From: a virus
IMG/VR virus record: IMGVR_UViG_3300034101_001153
Location: 1 to 64,000 of that record
Direction: 5' to 3' (one strand)
Length of the DNA stretch: 64,000 bases
Of this stretch, positions 16,689-26,293 are shown piece after piece. Position 1 is the first letter of the stretch. Each line of letters begins with the position of its first letter. Made by a program: the position numbers and the translations under genes. The notes under the pieces were generated by a model. It worked only from the letters and a program-made list of their open reading frames with translations, searched no databases and had not been told where the DNA came from.

Positions 16689-17562
16689 GCCTGTTCCTTA
16701 AAAATTCTTTATATCTGTTTAAGATATACCTGTCTTCAAAAAGATGTGTAGTATGTTGATCGGGTCGGCGTAACTTTCCATCTTTTGTGGAGTTGCACTC
16801 CCATTCATTTTTTAATTCAGCCTGATCTGAAAGAAGAAGATTGCCAAGTCTTTGGCATTCCCATCCATGTTTCTTACTATATTCTTGTTGAATAAGCCGC
16901 ACACCATGTTCTGCCTTCCTAATCAAATGATCGTAGGATCGTACTGGAACCTGATAACATTTAAAATTTTCGGAAACCTCATTTGTATTAAAAATAATTT
17001 TATTTAAATCTTTGTATTTGAAATAATGTGCCCCTGGCCCTACATGGGTGTATGGAGATACCTTTAGGATAAATTTACTAGGCCACCGATATTCTACTGT
17101 AGATCGAACACCATTGATGATATCTTTTTCTTCTGTAGTATATTCAACTACTTTCCAAATAATATTTTTATAAACATTATTTAAATTATATGATTTATTT
17201 TGAACAAAGTTTTCTATTTCTACTTCAATGTAATCAGAGTTTATGTTGTTTATATCTACTGCAAGACCGTTGTCAGATTTCCAAATCTCATCTGCATCAA
17301 AGAACACCGCCCATGAAAATCCCATACCAAGAGCCATATCATAGAGTTCATTCATAATCTGCTCCTGATGAAATGGTCCATCATTAGATATTACAGTAAC
17401 TCTTTTATCCCCAGTAGATATTTTATTCAACAACTCTAAAGTTCCATCTGTAGATCCATTGTCACATATTATTATTCCATCTAATCCTTGGTTTAAGTGA
17501 TGCCAAAGACAAAACTCTATTATATCTACTTCATTTCTTACTATAGAAATGCCACAAATCAT
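16675..17562 (-). CDS. GT2-like glycosyltransferase
   Basis: VRNEVDII, DNGSTDGT, FFDADE. Confidence 0.8.
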   Translation of the reverse strand: MICGISIVRNEVDIIEFCLWHHLNQGLDGIIICDNGSTDGTLELLNKISTGDKRVTVISNDGPFHQEQIMNELYDMALGMGFSWAVFFDADEIWKSDNGLAVDINNINSDYIEVEIENFVQNKSYNLNNVYKNIIWKVVEYTTEEKDIINGVRSTVEYRWPSKFILKVSPYTHVGPGAHYFKYKDLNKIIFNTNEVSENFKCYQVPVRSYDHLIRKAEHGVRLIQQEYSKKHGWECQRLGNLLLSDQAELKNEWECNSTKDGKLRRPDQHTTHLFEDRYILNRYKEFLRNRRGNL

Positions 17563-18638
17563 TTATATTCCGTTACTTTTTCTATTATGTATTCTACCTC
17601 AGATTCCGACAGCCACCAGCCGACAGGAATGTTTATCTGATTCTTTGAAAAACTGTCAAGCCCTGGCAGTTCTTTCTCATAGAATTGTTTAGTGATATCG
17701 AACTGGTCATTTCTAAAATGAACATCGCTTGATTCGATACCGTTTGACTTTAGGTACCTAGCAAACTCTTCCTTATCCCGATCTTCATTCATAATCATGG
17801 AGAAGATCCAGTATGAGCAGTTGTCATCGAACGGTAGTACGGACGCAAAAGAAAGATCCTTAAAGGCATCACAATATTTTTTTGCATTTTTTCTGTGAGC
17901 AACAACAGACGCTTTTGCTGAATCTAAATTTGCCAAGCCTATGGCGGCAGCAATGTCGTTCATGTGATATTTGTATCCAGCATACTGAATATTTTGGTTT
18001 ATTCTAAAACTTTCATTCTTAGTTCTGTCTAGACCAAACCATCTCTTTAATCTTGCCTCATGTTGTTTTTCTTCTGGACACAACAGGATACCACCATCTC
18101 CAGTGGTAAGAAACTTTATTGCCTGAAAACTATATATTGTATAGTCCCCACGCTCAACTTTATCTGCGAAAAAAGTGTCCCAACAATGAGCAGCATCTTC
18201 TATAACTGGTACTCCAAATGATTTTAGAACAGCATAGTCTGCTATCTTTCCTGCCCAATTAACTGCAACTATAGCCTTGGTTTTATCTGTGATTAAATCA
18301 CGAACGGATGCTGGATCAATAAGTCCACTCTTTGGGTCAATATCTGCCCATCGAATGATAGCCTTCTTATGTAGCAGACCCACCTGAGTAGCGAAACATG
18401 TTTGTGGAGTAGAGATAACTTCATCTCCTGGTTGGATATCACATAGATCCATAGCAAGACTTAGGGCACTTGTAGCAGAGTTTACAGTGATTGGACGGCA
18501 CTTAGAACCTAGTTCTGCCTGTAGCCTATCCTCAAACTCTTCAACCCGTGGCCCCTGCGTAATGAATCCAGAATTTATTGTTGGAGCAATTCTATCCATT
18601 ACGTCGTCAGACATTTTTACTTTAAAAAGTGATATCAT
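17559..18638 (-). CDS. DegT/DnrJ/EryC1/StrS PLP-dependent sugar aminotransferase
   Basis: NSATSAL, IEDAAH, SFQAIKFLTTGDGG (Schiff-base Lys present). Confidence 0.9.
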   Translation of the reverse strand: MISLFKVKMSDDVMDRIAPTINSGFITQGPRVEEFEDRLQAELGSKCRPITVNSATSALSLAMDLCDIQPGDEVISTPQTCFATQVGLLHKKAIIRWADIDPKSGLIDPASVRDLITDKTKAIVAVNWAGKIADYAVLKSFGVPVIEDAAHCWDTFFADKVERGDYTIYSFQAIKFLTTGDGGILLCPEEKQHEARLKRWFGLDRTKNESFRINQNIQYAGYKYHMNDIAAAIGLANLDSAKASVVAHRKNAKKYCDAFKDLSFASVLPFDDNCSYWIFSMIMNEDRDKEEFARYLKSNGIESSDVHFRNDQFDITKQFYEKELPGLDSFSKNQINIPVGWWLSESEVEYIIEKVTEYK

Positions 18639-19398
18639 TCAAGTCTCCTCTTATCGGGATTATTATATCATCGCCCTCGCCCATCTGTTCAAGATTTCCT
18701 AGGTTGTGATTAAAAATTGCTGAATACTGATCTGATATATCTGTGATTGCATATCCTTCTGTTGTAAAAGTCTCTAGAAACATAAGTTGATTTGTTTCTG
18801 CCATTTCATAAGACGTTGATCCATATAAAAGAAAAATATTGTCCTTATTTTTCAATATATGTTTTGCTGCCGCCCCATTTAAAAGTCCATTTGAAATTGA
18901 AGCATGAATCTTTGGTGCCAAATCTATAGACAATCCTATTCTTTGTGTAAGATTTTGTATGTCTGCATCTGTAGGAGGAGTTGTACGAACGGCGACGTAT
19001 GCAATATTTTCTTTCATTCTATCTAAAAACGCATCAATAAAATTAGTACTCTTTGGTATGTAATCATCCTCTATCAAAAAGTAATAGTCGTGACCGCCAG
19101 CAATCAAGTCCTTTTTGATAATGTCATTCCACGCTCCATAAGAAAAGTCAATATTTTCTCTGAACATTACAGTGATTTTTTTATTTATATTGTATGAATT
19201 AACGATATCTATAATTTTTTCTACATCAGTGCTTTCACTTTTATTAATAACAAAGTAAACAGTATTTATTTTTTTTGGCCTTTTCTTAACAAACTGTAGA
19301 TGTTTTTCTAAGAAATAGTATTGATCGTAGTAAATTCCAGAAACTCTATTGAACCTTCTTTCTTCAAAGAAGAAGCATACGCAATATGCTATTTTCAT
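18622..19398 (-). CDS. putative glycosyltransferase
   Basis: RENIDFSYGAW, YFLIEDDY; lies inside the glycan island. Confidence 0.55.
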   Translation of the reverse strand: MKIAYCVCFFFEERRFNRVSGIYYDQYYFLEKHLQFVKKRPKKINTVYFVINKSESTDVEKIIDIVNSYNINKKITVMFRENIDFSYGAWNDIIKKDLIAGGHDYYFLIEDDYIPKSTNFIDAFLDRMKENIAYVAVRTTPPTDADIQNLTQRIGLSIDLAPKIHASISNGLLNGAAAKHILKNKDNIFLLYGSTSYEMAETNQLMFLETFTTEGYAITDISDQYSAIFNHNLGNLEQMGEGDDIIIPIRGDLNDITF

Positions 19399-20576
19399 TA
19401 TTTTCTTAACTCCATAAAGAAAACAAAATCATTGTTATCCTTTATTTTAAATCCAAGATTTTTATATGTTTTGATTGCTCTATTATTAGTTTTTAGAACC
19501 TCAAGTTTTGGATTTTTATTCATCTCTTTGCTTTTATCTATAAGCATCTGGAATAATTTTTTACCGTGCCCAAGTCCGCGAGCGGACTCAATTAGTCCAC
19601 CAGTTAAAATAGCATCATTCCCATCAATTTTAATTATTGCATATCCTATTGGCTCTATGCCTTCATATAAAATAAAAGGAATAATTGTCTCTGGCTTGTT
19701 TAAAAACCATTCTTCTTGTTCTTTTTGACTAATAGGATTTTGATTATTAGTCATGAATAGGCGGCAGTCATTTCTAATTATTCTCATAACTTCTATTGTA
19801 TTGTTCGTAGTTTCTAATAAGTTTAATTCTGGAGAGTCGAAACCCTTAACATGTTTATCTTTACAATACTTGATTTCTTTTGCCATCATTTTATTGTATG
19901 AAACTAGATCACTGGTCAACTGAGACTGAACGCTATTCTCATCAGTAGAGGTCACCAGGATAATGTCTTCAACAATAACTGGTGGACCAAAATGTTTGTA
20001 GTAATTATAATATAATTCAGTATCCACAAGCATTCTTATTTTTGTATCAAAACCAAGTTCTCTTTCCTTCTTATAGGCGAATACTGATGGAGAGCCTATT
20101 GTATTGTCACCCATTAGTAATTTTTTCCCAGTATGAAAACTTGGAACATGTGGTCTATAAAACTGCAACCTTTGCTCATCGTAATGTATCGTTCCTGCTG
20201 CAAGCCATGAGCGATCTGATTGTGTTAGGCCATAATATATTTTTTCAAGAGCATCATCTTTATAAAAGAAGTCATCCATAAAAATTATCTTAACTATTTC
20301 AGCATCAGTTCCCGCCATAACGTTATTAAAGTTTTGAGCGGCAGAGGAGCGTTCTCTATTCTTCATGTACTTTATATCAAACTTGCTATCAAACTTTTTG
20401 CAGACATTTAAAATTGTATCGTCCCCACTTTGATCAGATACGCAGACAACTATGTCCTTAAAGGTTTGTGACTCAATCGTGCTAAGAAGCCTATTCATTA
20501 AATATTCTGATCTATCATTATATGAATGAGTTGGAATGGCTACGCCAATTTTATTTTCCATAGAACTCTCTTTCAA
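19398..20576 (-). CDS. GT2 glycosyltransferase fused to C-terminal GNAT acetyltransferase
   Basis: N-term QTFKD..VSDQS, FMDD, IGSPS; C-term ARGLGHGKKL, N.RAIKTYKNLGF. Confidence 0.8.
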   Translation of the reverse strand: MKESSMENKIGVAIPTHSYNDRSEYLMNRLLSTIESQTFKDIVVCVSDQSGDDTILNVCKKFDSKFDIKYMKNRERSSAAQNFNNVMAGTDAEIVKIIFMDDFFYKDDALEKIYYGLTQSDRSWLAAGTIHYDEQRLQFYRPHVPSFHTGKKLLMGDNTIGSPSVFAYKKERELGFDTKIRMLVDTELYYNYYKHFGPPVIVEDIILVTSTDENSVQSQLTSDLVSYNKMMAKEIKYCKDKHVKGFDSPELNLLETTNNTIEVMRIIRNDCRLFMTNNQNPISQKEQEEWFLNKPETIIPFILYEGIEPIGYAIIKIDGNDAILTGGLIESARGLGHGKKLFQMLIDKSKEMNKNPKLEVLKTNNRAIKTYKNLGFKIKDNNDFVFFMELRK

Positions 20577-21321
20577 TTATTTTATAGATATTATCAAATA
20601 CGTCAAAATATTTTTGAGACTCAACAAAGTTATTTTCTACAATACCTAAGGATTTATCATAGTCTTCAGGGGTTAGGGCACAGATAATGTTTATTAATTC
20701 TGGCAATGAATTAAATTTTATGATTCCACCAGGGTCAAAGAAGTCCTCTATATTAGGGCATCCATAATAAATTGGTATAGTTTTACTAGCAAAGCAATCT
20801 ATAATCTTTTCAGTAAAATAGTTATTAGAGTTATCATTTTCTATGATAATAGAAAATTTAGAGTTATCTAATATTTCATCTTTTTTTTCTATTCTTGGTG
20901 GAGTCATCTTACATATGATATCGAATTCATTTATAGATGTATGCTCAACAAGGGCATCGAAAACTTCATATCTAAATCTATGGTTAGGAGTCATTAATTT
21001 ACTTGACGTAAGAAAAGAAATAATATTTTCCTTTTCTCTTTCCTTGTATGGATCTACCCACACCGTTCCAAATGGCATAAACCTAAAGTTTGGTAATTTT
21101 GATAGATCATCTCTGTATGACAAAACTAGATCAAATTCTTGTAGCGCTGTCAAATTGATATGTGAGATAGGAACAATTGGTGTAGGTTCGAATATAACTG
21201 CAACATTATATCTAGCCAGTGGATTTTTAATGTGATGATTATAGGTTATGTTAATAATATCTGGATAGTTTCTAGCGGTATACCCAATTCCATCTGCATT
21301 AGTATGCTGAACTTGAAACAT
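20551..21321 (-). CDS. GT10 alpha-1,3-fucosyltransferase-like protein
   Basis: KFSIIIEN...NYFTEKIIDCF..KTIPIYYG. Confidence 0.8.
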   Translation of the reverse strand: MFQVQHTNADGIGYTARNYPDIINITYNHHIKNPLARYNVAVIFEPTPIVPISHINLTALQEFDLVLSYRDDLSKLPNFRFMPFGTVWVDPYKEREKENIISFLTSSKLMTPNHRFRYEVFDALVEHTSINEFDIICKMTPPRIEKKDEILDNSKFSIIIENDNSNNYFTEKIIDCFASKTIPIYYGCPNIEDFFDPGGIIKFNSLPELINIICALTPEDYDKSLGIVENNFVESQKYFDVFDNIYKIIEREFYGK

Positions 21322-22493
21322 TATCCATCAACCAATCTAAGGATAGAAGTTAACACATCAAAATTCTTTTGATTAACAAAATGATTATTGCCGATATAAA
21401 GTCCAGTATTAAGTTTATGAACATTATAATGGTCCTGACCGCTTGCCATTTTTTCAGAAGATAAAAATGGTTGTCTCAGTAGGTCTCCGCTTACAACTGG
21501 CCTGTACTCAATTCCGTTTTCTTGGAAAAGTATTTTTAGACTATCGAAAACTGTTTTATTTTTTGCAATAAATGGAAATGCAAAACTACTATTACCAGTT
21601 GAATACTCAGGAACGTAGAACTGATCACTATAGTTTAGTATTATCTTGTAATACTTTTCAAAATTAATTCTTCTAGTGTCAATCATCTTGTCTAGTCTAT
21701 TGAGTTGAGAGATTCCTAGAACTGCTGGAATCTCATGATTTCTAAAGTTGTACCCATCAGTAATAAAAAGAAATGACTTCTCCATGTAGTCATATTTATC
21801 TGACCAGTAATCAAAGTTTATAGACTCTCTAGCCAGGCCATGACTTCTTTTCATCTTCATGAGATCATACAAGTCGGTATCGTTAGTTGATACCATGCCT
21901 CCCTCAATAGTGGTCATATGGTGCCCAAAATAAAAACTAAATGTGGCACCTAAACTGTTAGATCCCACCTTAGACTGATTATCAAACTTGCATCCATGAG
22001 ATTCACACACATCATCGATAATAAGAGCATCTGGAAATATTTCTTGGTACTTATTATTGTTCGCTGGGAAGCCAAGTAGGTGAGTAACAAATATTAATTT
22101 AATGTCTGGATGAAGTGACTTAATTCTTTTTAAATCATCAGTATCAAAAGAATAATTTTTCAAATTAATGTCTGCAAAGATAGGTTGTAGACCAAGTTGA
22201 ATTATTGGAGCAACATTAGTCATCCATGTACATGCTGGCAGGAGAACCTTATCTCCATTTTTCAATCCATACTTTTCCTTTATGGCTGCTACCAACAAGA
22301 AATTTGCAGTAGACCCAGACGATACGAATAAAGAATGTTTTGATCCCAGCCAATTACTCCACTTGTTTTCAAATTCTCGTACCTTTTCTCCACTAGTAAA
22401 GTTATTAGAAGAAATAATAAACTTAAGAATTCGCATCTTGTCTGACATAGATACAGTATCTTGCATCAGAGGCCAGTTACGTTTGTGACTCAT
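21321..22493 (-). CDS. colD: ColD-like GDP-4-keto-6-deoxymannose 3-dehydratase (DegT family, His in place of Lys)
   Basis: VSSGSTAN, DVCESHG, SFYFGHHMTTIEGG, RSHG, GYNFR; directly downstream of gmd and fcl. Confidence 0.7.
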   Translation of the reverse strand: MSHKRNWPLMQDTVSMSDKMRILKFIISSNNFTSGEKVREFENKWSNWLGSKHSLFVSSGSTANFLLVAAIKEKYGLKNGDKVLLPACTWMTNVAPIIQLGLQPIFADINLKNYSFDTDDLKRIKSLHPDIKLIFVTHLLGFPANNNKYQEIFPDALIIDDVCESHGCKFDNQSKVGSNSLGATFSFYFGHHMTTIEGGMVSTNDTDLYDLMKMKRSHGLARESINFDYWSDKYDYMEKSFLFITDGYNFRNHEIPAVLGISQLNRLDKMIDTRRINFEKYYKIILNYSDQFYVPEYSTGNSSFAFPFIAKNKTVFDSLKILFQENGIEYRPVVSGDLLRQPFLSSEKMASGQDHYNVHKLNTGLYIGNNHFVNQKNFDVLTSILRLVDG

Positions 22494-23403
22494 ACCACTC
22501 CACCGTTCTTTTCAATCCTTCATCTAATGATATCGTAGGTTGCCAGCCTAAATTAAGTATTTTAGAAATATTTAACTTTCTTCTTGGGGCACCATTTGGC
22601 TTAGTGGTATCCCATAATATTTCTCCTTTATACCCTACAGTTTGTACAATTTTATCTGCAATGTCTTTTATAGACCACTCATCACCAGAACCAATATTGA
22701 TATGATCTGGACTATCATATTCATTCATAAGTTTTATACATGCTTCAGCAAGGTCATCGACATACAAAAATTCTCTGGTGGGAGATCCATCACCAAACAG
22801 CGTTACTGCATCGGCATTTGAATTTTTGGCATCAATAAATTTTCTAATCATGCCAGGGATTACATGGCTATTTACTGGATCAAAATTGTCATTTATTCCA
22901 TAAAGATTGGCTGGCATAATTGATATGGAATTGAATCCATATTGCTCGCTATACATTCTTGCCATCTTTAATCCTACTATTTTTGATAGGGCATATGCTT
23001 CATTAGTCGGCTCCAAGGGCCCAGTCATTAGATGTTCTTCTAGAATAGGCTGAGGGCATTCTCTTGGATATACACACACAGATCCCATAAACATAAACTT
23101 TTTAGTATTATTTCTATAAGCAGCATCAATGACATTATTTTGTATTTGCAAGTTATCGTACAGTAACGATCCTTGATTTTGCTGATTAAATACTATACCT
23201 CCTACTTTAGCAGCAGAAAGAAAAACATAGTCTGGTCGGACGGTCTGAAAAAAGTCATCAACGTCTTTTTTATTTCTAAGATCTAAAATAGAACTAGAAA
23301 GATATACCAAATTGGTATATCCAAGAGAATTTAGTTTCCTTAAAAGAGATGACCCTACTAATCCCCTATGTCCAGCAATATAAATTTTAGCGTCATATTC
23401 CAT
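22477..23403 (-). CDS. fcl: GDP-L-fucose synthase / ColC-like epimerase-reductase
   Basis: [49 protein letters not shown]. Confidence 0.92.
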   Translation of the reverse strand: MEYDAKIYIAGHRGLVGSSLLRKLNSLGYTNLVYLSSSILDLRNKKDVDDFFQTVRPDYVFLSAAKVGGIVFNQQNQGSLLYDNLQIQNNVIDAAYRNNTKKFMFMGSVCVYPRECPQPILEEHLMTGPLEPTNEAYALSKIVGLKMARMYSEQYGFNSISIMPANLYGINDNFDPVNSHVIPGMIRKFIDAKNSNADAVTLFGDGSPTREFLYVDDLAEACIKLMNEYDSPDHINIGSGDEWSIKDIADKIVQTVGYKGEILWDTTKPNGAPRRKLNISKILNLGWQPTISLDEGLKRTVEWYESQT

Positions 23404-24397
23404 TGATGCACATATCTTCCACTAGATCTTGAAACGAACGCTTGGGAATCCAGCCAAGTTTTTGTCTCGCTTTTGTTGAGTCGCCAAGTAGTGACTCTAC
23501 CTCAGACAGCCTATAGTACTTTGGATTGATCTTAATTATCTCTTTGCCACTCACAGTATCTATACCAACTTCATTATCGCCAGTTCCAGTCCACTCTATT
23601 TTCATATTAAAGTATGGAGCGGAGGCATTGATAAAATCTCTGACAGAATATTGTTTCCCTGTAGCAATTACATAATCATCTGGACTATCTTGTTGTAGCA
23701 TTAGCCACATAGCCTCAACGAAATCTTTGGCATGGCCCCAGTCTCTTAAGGCATTAAGGTTTCCTAATTCTATTGCCCGATTCGAACCATTCTTAATATC
23801 ATTTAACCCAAGAACAATTTTCTTTGTTACAAATGTTTCTCCCCGTCGCGGAGACTCATGATTAAATAGAATTCCATTACAGCCATATATGTTATACGCT
23901 TCACGATAGTTAACTGTTATCCAATGAGAGTATAATTTAGCAACACCATATGGTGATCTTGGATAAAAAGGAGTAGTCTCTTTTTGTGGCACTTCCTGCA
24001 CCATTCCAAACATTTCAGATGTGCCAGCCTGATAAAATCTAATATCATTATTAGTTTGTCTTATAGCCTCTAATACTCTTAGAGTTCCAATGGCATCAGC
24101 ATTGGCGGTATACTCTGGTGTCTCAAAAGAAACCTGAACATGTGACTGTGCCCCTAGATTATATACTTCATCTGGACGTATTTCATTAATCAATGAAATG
24201 ATATTGCTTGTATCAGTAAGATCACCGAATCTTAAATGAAATTTTGGATGATCAAAAATGTGGTCTACTCTATTGGTATTAATTAAAGAAGACCTACGCT
24301 TAATTCCATAGACTTCATATCCCTTATCTAATAGAAATTCTGCTAAATAAGATCCATCCTGTCCAGTGATTCCAGTAATTAGTGCTGATCTACTCAA
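23393..24397 (-). CDS. gmd: GDP-mannose 4,6-dehydratase
   Basis: [47 protein letters not shown]. Confidence 0.95.
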   Translation of the reverse strand: MSRSALITGITGQDGSYLAEFLLDKGYEVYGIKRRSSLINTNRVDHIFDHPKFHLRFGDLTDTSNIISLINEIRPDEVYNLGAQSHVQVSFETPEYTANADAIGTLRVLEAIRQTNNDIRFYQAGTSEMFGMVQEVPQKETTPFYPRSPYGVAKLYSHWITVNYREAYNIYGCNGILFNHESPRRGETFVTKKIVLGLNDIKNGSNRAIELGNLNALRDWGHAKDFVEAMWLMLQQDSPDDYVIATGKQYSVRDFINASAPYFNMKIEWTGTGDNEVGIDTVSGKEIIKINPKYYRLSEVESLLGDSTKARQKLGWIPKRSFQDLVEDMCINGI

Positions 24398-24588
24398 GAA
24401 ACTTTACCTTCCATTATACAATCAAGACAGTAGTGCTTAGACTTGCCCTTGCCATATTTGGAAAGGAGGTGATACCACTCACTTAATTCTGCAATAAGAT
24501 TTGTGCATTCAAAATTAGAACAGTAGTATTCCTGTGGCTGTTTTTTATCCACAGTACTCTTTATTTTAAAGATCCGTTTCAGATTCAT
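24394..24588 (-). CDS. small Cys-containing hypothetical protein
   Basis: ORF track. Confidence 0.55.
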   Translation of the reverse strand: MNLKRIFKIKSTVDKKQPQEYYCSNFECTNLIAELSEWYHLLSKYGKGKSKHYCLDCIMEGKVS

Positions 24589-24745
24589 ACTCTATTCCTA
24601 ATTCTCTTACATCAATAAGGTCATCATTATCAAATAATTCTTCTATCGACAGACCATCGTTTTCATATTGTACTAAAGAATATTGATAGAATGCATTAGT
24701 CACTCTACCCCAACATTTCTCTGGAATAATCCAAACTAGGTCCAT
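24566..24745 (-). CDS. small acidic hypothetical protein (59 aa)
   Basis: MDLVWIIPEKCWG...EYESETDL*; AAGGAG RBS. Confidence 0.65.
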   Translation of the reverse strand: MDLVWIIPEKCWGRVTNAFYQYSLVQYENDGLSIEELFDNDDLIDVRELGIEYESETDL

Positions 24746-25044
24746 TATACGCTCCTTGGTGGGTCTCCTTTTGATCCTTCAAAAAAGCACTTATACCCAA
24801 AGTTTTGCACTACTTTTCGCATTTCATGTAAATGCATCATAACACCATATTGTTTCTCATTTGATAAAGACATGACCTGATTCTCGTACACTCTCAAGCC
24901 GACGTAATTTGGATTTTCTACAATATCTATAACAACTCCTGGATACGGAGCCTTCATTTCCTTCAGCATATTAATACATAGTTTATTAATCATTACTGAT
25001 CCTTGACGATATTGATTCCCAAATATCTGTAGATTTATGTGCAT
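24745..25044 (-). CDS. hypothetical protein
   Basis: ORF track; start uncertain (MINKLC likely). Confidence 0.7.
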   Translation of the reverse strand: MHINLQIFGNQYRQGSVMINKLCINMLKEMKAPYPGVVIDIVENPNYVGLRVYENQVMSLSNEKQYGVMMHLHEMRKVVQNFGYKCFFEGSKGDPPRSV

Positions 25045-25258
25045 TTCTTACATTGTCTACTTTACCATCTATGAGGAATATTCCTCCCCATACCCCCCAA
25101 GATTCTGTAGAAACACCATACTCAAAACATTCTTTAATAACTGGGCAGGCTAAACACATTCTATCTATTTCAATTGATACGTCAATATCGTTTTCATAAT
25201 TATCAAAATAATTTTCAGTATCTACTCCAGCGCACAGTGCATCACTTAGCCATAACAT
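24986..25258 (-). CDS. whiB: WhiB-family Fe-S transcription regulator
   Basis: W...ALC, CLACPVIKEC, GVWGG. Confidence 0.9.
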   Translation of the reverse strand: MLWLSDALCAGVDTENYFDNYENDIDVSIEIDRMCLACPVIKECFEYGVSTESWGVWGGIFLIDGKVDNVRNAHKSTDIWESISSRISND

Positions 25259-25472
25259 ATTTAGAAGGAACCTTCCATGTACCAGATTCGGACACTGGCA
25301 CTGTGCGAACTACCAGACCCCATGATCCATTTCTAAATGAACCATTCTTCTTAAAGAATGCATCATCATTCTTTTTCCACTCTACAATAGTCCAACCATT
25401 CCAGTAAAGACTATTATTACTATCAACTACCTTATGTGCTGTATCGTAGTCAATCTCAACTAGGTTACTCAC
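25242..25472 (-). CDS. hypothetical protein
   Basis: ORF track; LYWNGWTIV. Confidence 0.75.
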   Translation of the reverse strand: MSNLVEIDYDTAHKVVDSNNSLYWNGWTIVEWKKNDDAFFKKNGSFRNGSWGLVVRTVPVSESGTWKVPSKYVMAK

Positions 25473-25476
25473 AATA

Positions 25477-25830
25477 TTACCCTTCAGAAGTATAAATAAT
25501 TTTCTTAATACCTGACTTATTAATTTCTTTGTAGCATAGTGGGCATGGCCTACTATTTCTTTGTTGCCCTTTTCTGTTCACTCTTGCTACATAAATAGTA
25601 GCACCCCTTACATCGCCAGCCTTCTTAATGGCATCCATCTCCGCATGAACAGAACAATGTGTCTTGATATGTTCAGATGATACCCTAGTGGGATGGTTTC
25701 TCTTCTTGTTAACTCCAGTAGCAAGGACGCGACCACCCTTTACGATCACCGCTCCATGCTTCATCCTGCAAAAAGATTGCTCTGCAAGATATGATGCTAC
25801 TGACAGATATGCTTGGTCGCGCTTAGATAT
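25477..25830 (-). CDS. dCMP/cytidine deaminase-family protein (start uncertain: ATA 25830 or ATG 25764)
   Basis: HGAVIVKGG, HAEMDA, SRPCPLC; frame is open upstream of ATG 25764 as ISKRDQAYLSVASYLAEQS. Confidence 0.8.
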   Translation of the reverse strand: MSKRDQAYLSVASYLAEQSFCRMKHGAVIVKGGRVLATGVNKKRNHPTRVSSEHIKTHCSVHAEMDAIKKAGDVRGATIYVARVNRKGQQRNSRPCPLCYKEINKSGIKKIIYTSEG

Positions 25831-25863
25831 TGCGACCTGCTCCTTTGATAGCCACTTTGTCTC

Positions 25864-26232
25864 CTATACCTTATAGACTCTAACGTCAATGTCTTTTACC
25901 GTGGCAACAGAAGCCAGTGGATCAGTATTCTCTACTGGTTCCTTTCTGCCACTAAGCAATAGTACCATGTTGAAGTCGTATTCGTCAAACTTTTCTACCG
26001 CATCTCGTCTAGGAATAATAAAATAACGAGCCTTAATTCCCTTTTGTTTTAGGTATCTTTCGGAACGATTAACAAATTCCGCCGCGTACTGATTAACTTT
26101 ATATCCACCAGTTGAATAAAGATTAATTCTATTATCATCTGGATTTAGACATTCATCGATAGCAACTACGACGGCACGCATAAACGTGGGGTAGTCTTGA
26201 AACTTATCAGTCCCATTAATAACAATATTCAT
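25864..26232 (-). CDS. hypothetical protein (possibly degenerate SLOG/YspA-like)
   Basis: MNIVINGTDKFQDY..F N-terminus; GGGAG RBS. Confidence 0.6.
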   Translation of the reverse strand: MNIVINGTDKFQDYPTFMRAVVVAIDECLNPDDNRINLYSTGGYKVNQYAAEFVNRSERYLKQKGIKARYFIIPRRDAVEKFDEYDFNMVLLLSGRKEPVENTDPLASVATVKDIDVRVYKV

Positions 26233-26259
26233 TATTCTCCCTAAAATGTTTGTTTATAT

Positions 26260-26289
26260 ATTATAAACAAGTCAAGGTTCTATTGTCAA
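26260..26289 (-). promoter_or_regulatory. consensus sigma-A promoter
   Basis: TTGACA-N18-TATAAT. Confidence 0.75.
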
Positions 26290-26293
26290 TAAG

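Noticed and set aside
24545-24553. Isolated perfect DnaA box TTATCCACA
   Set aside because: Single copy inside a coding region; compatible with chance.
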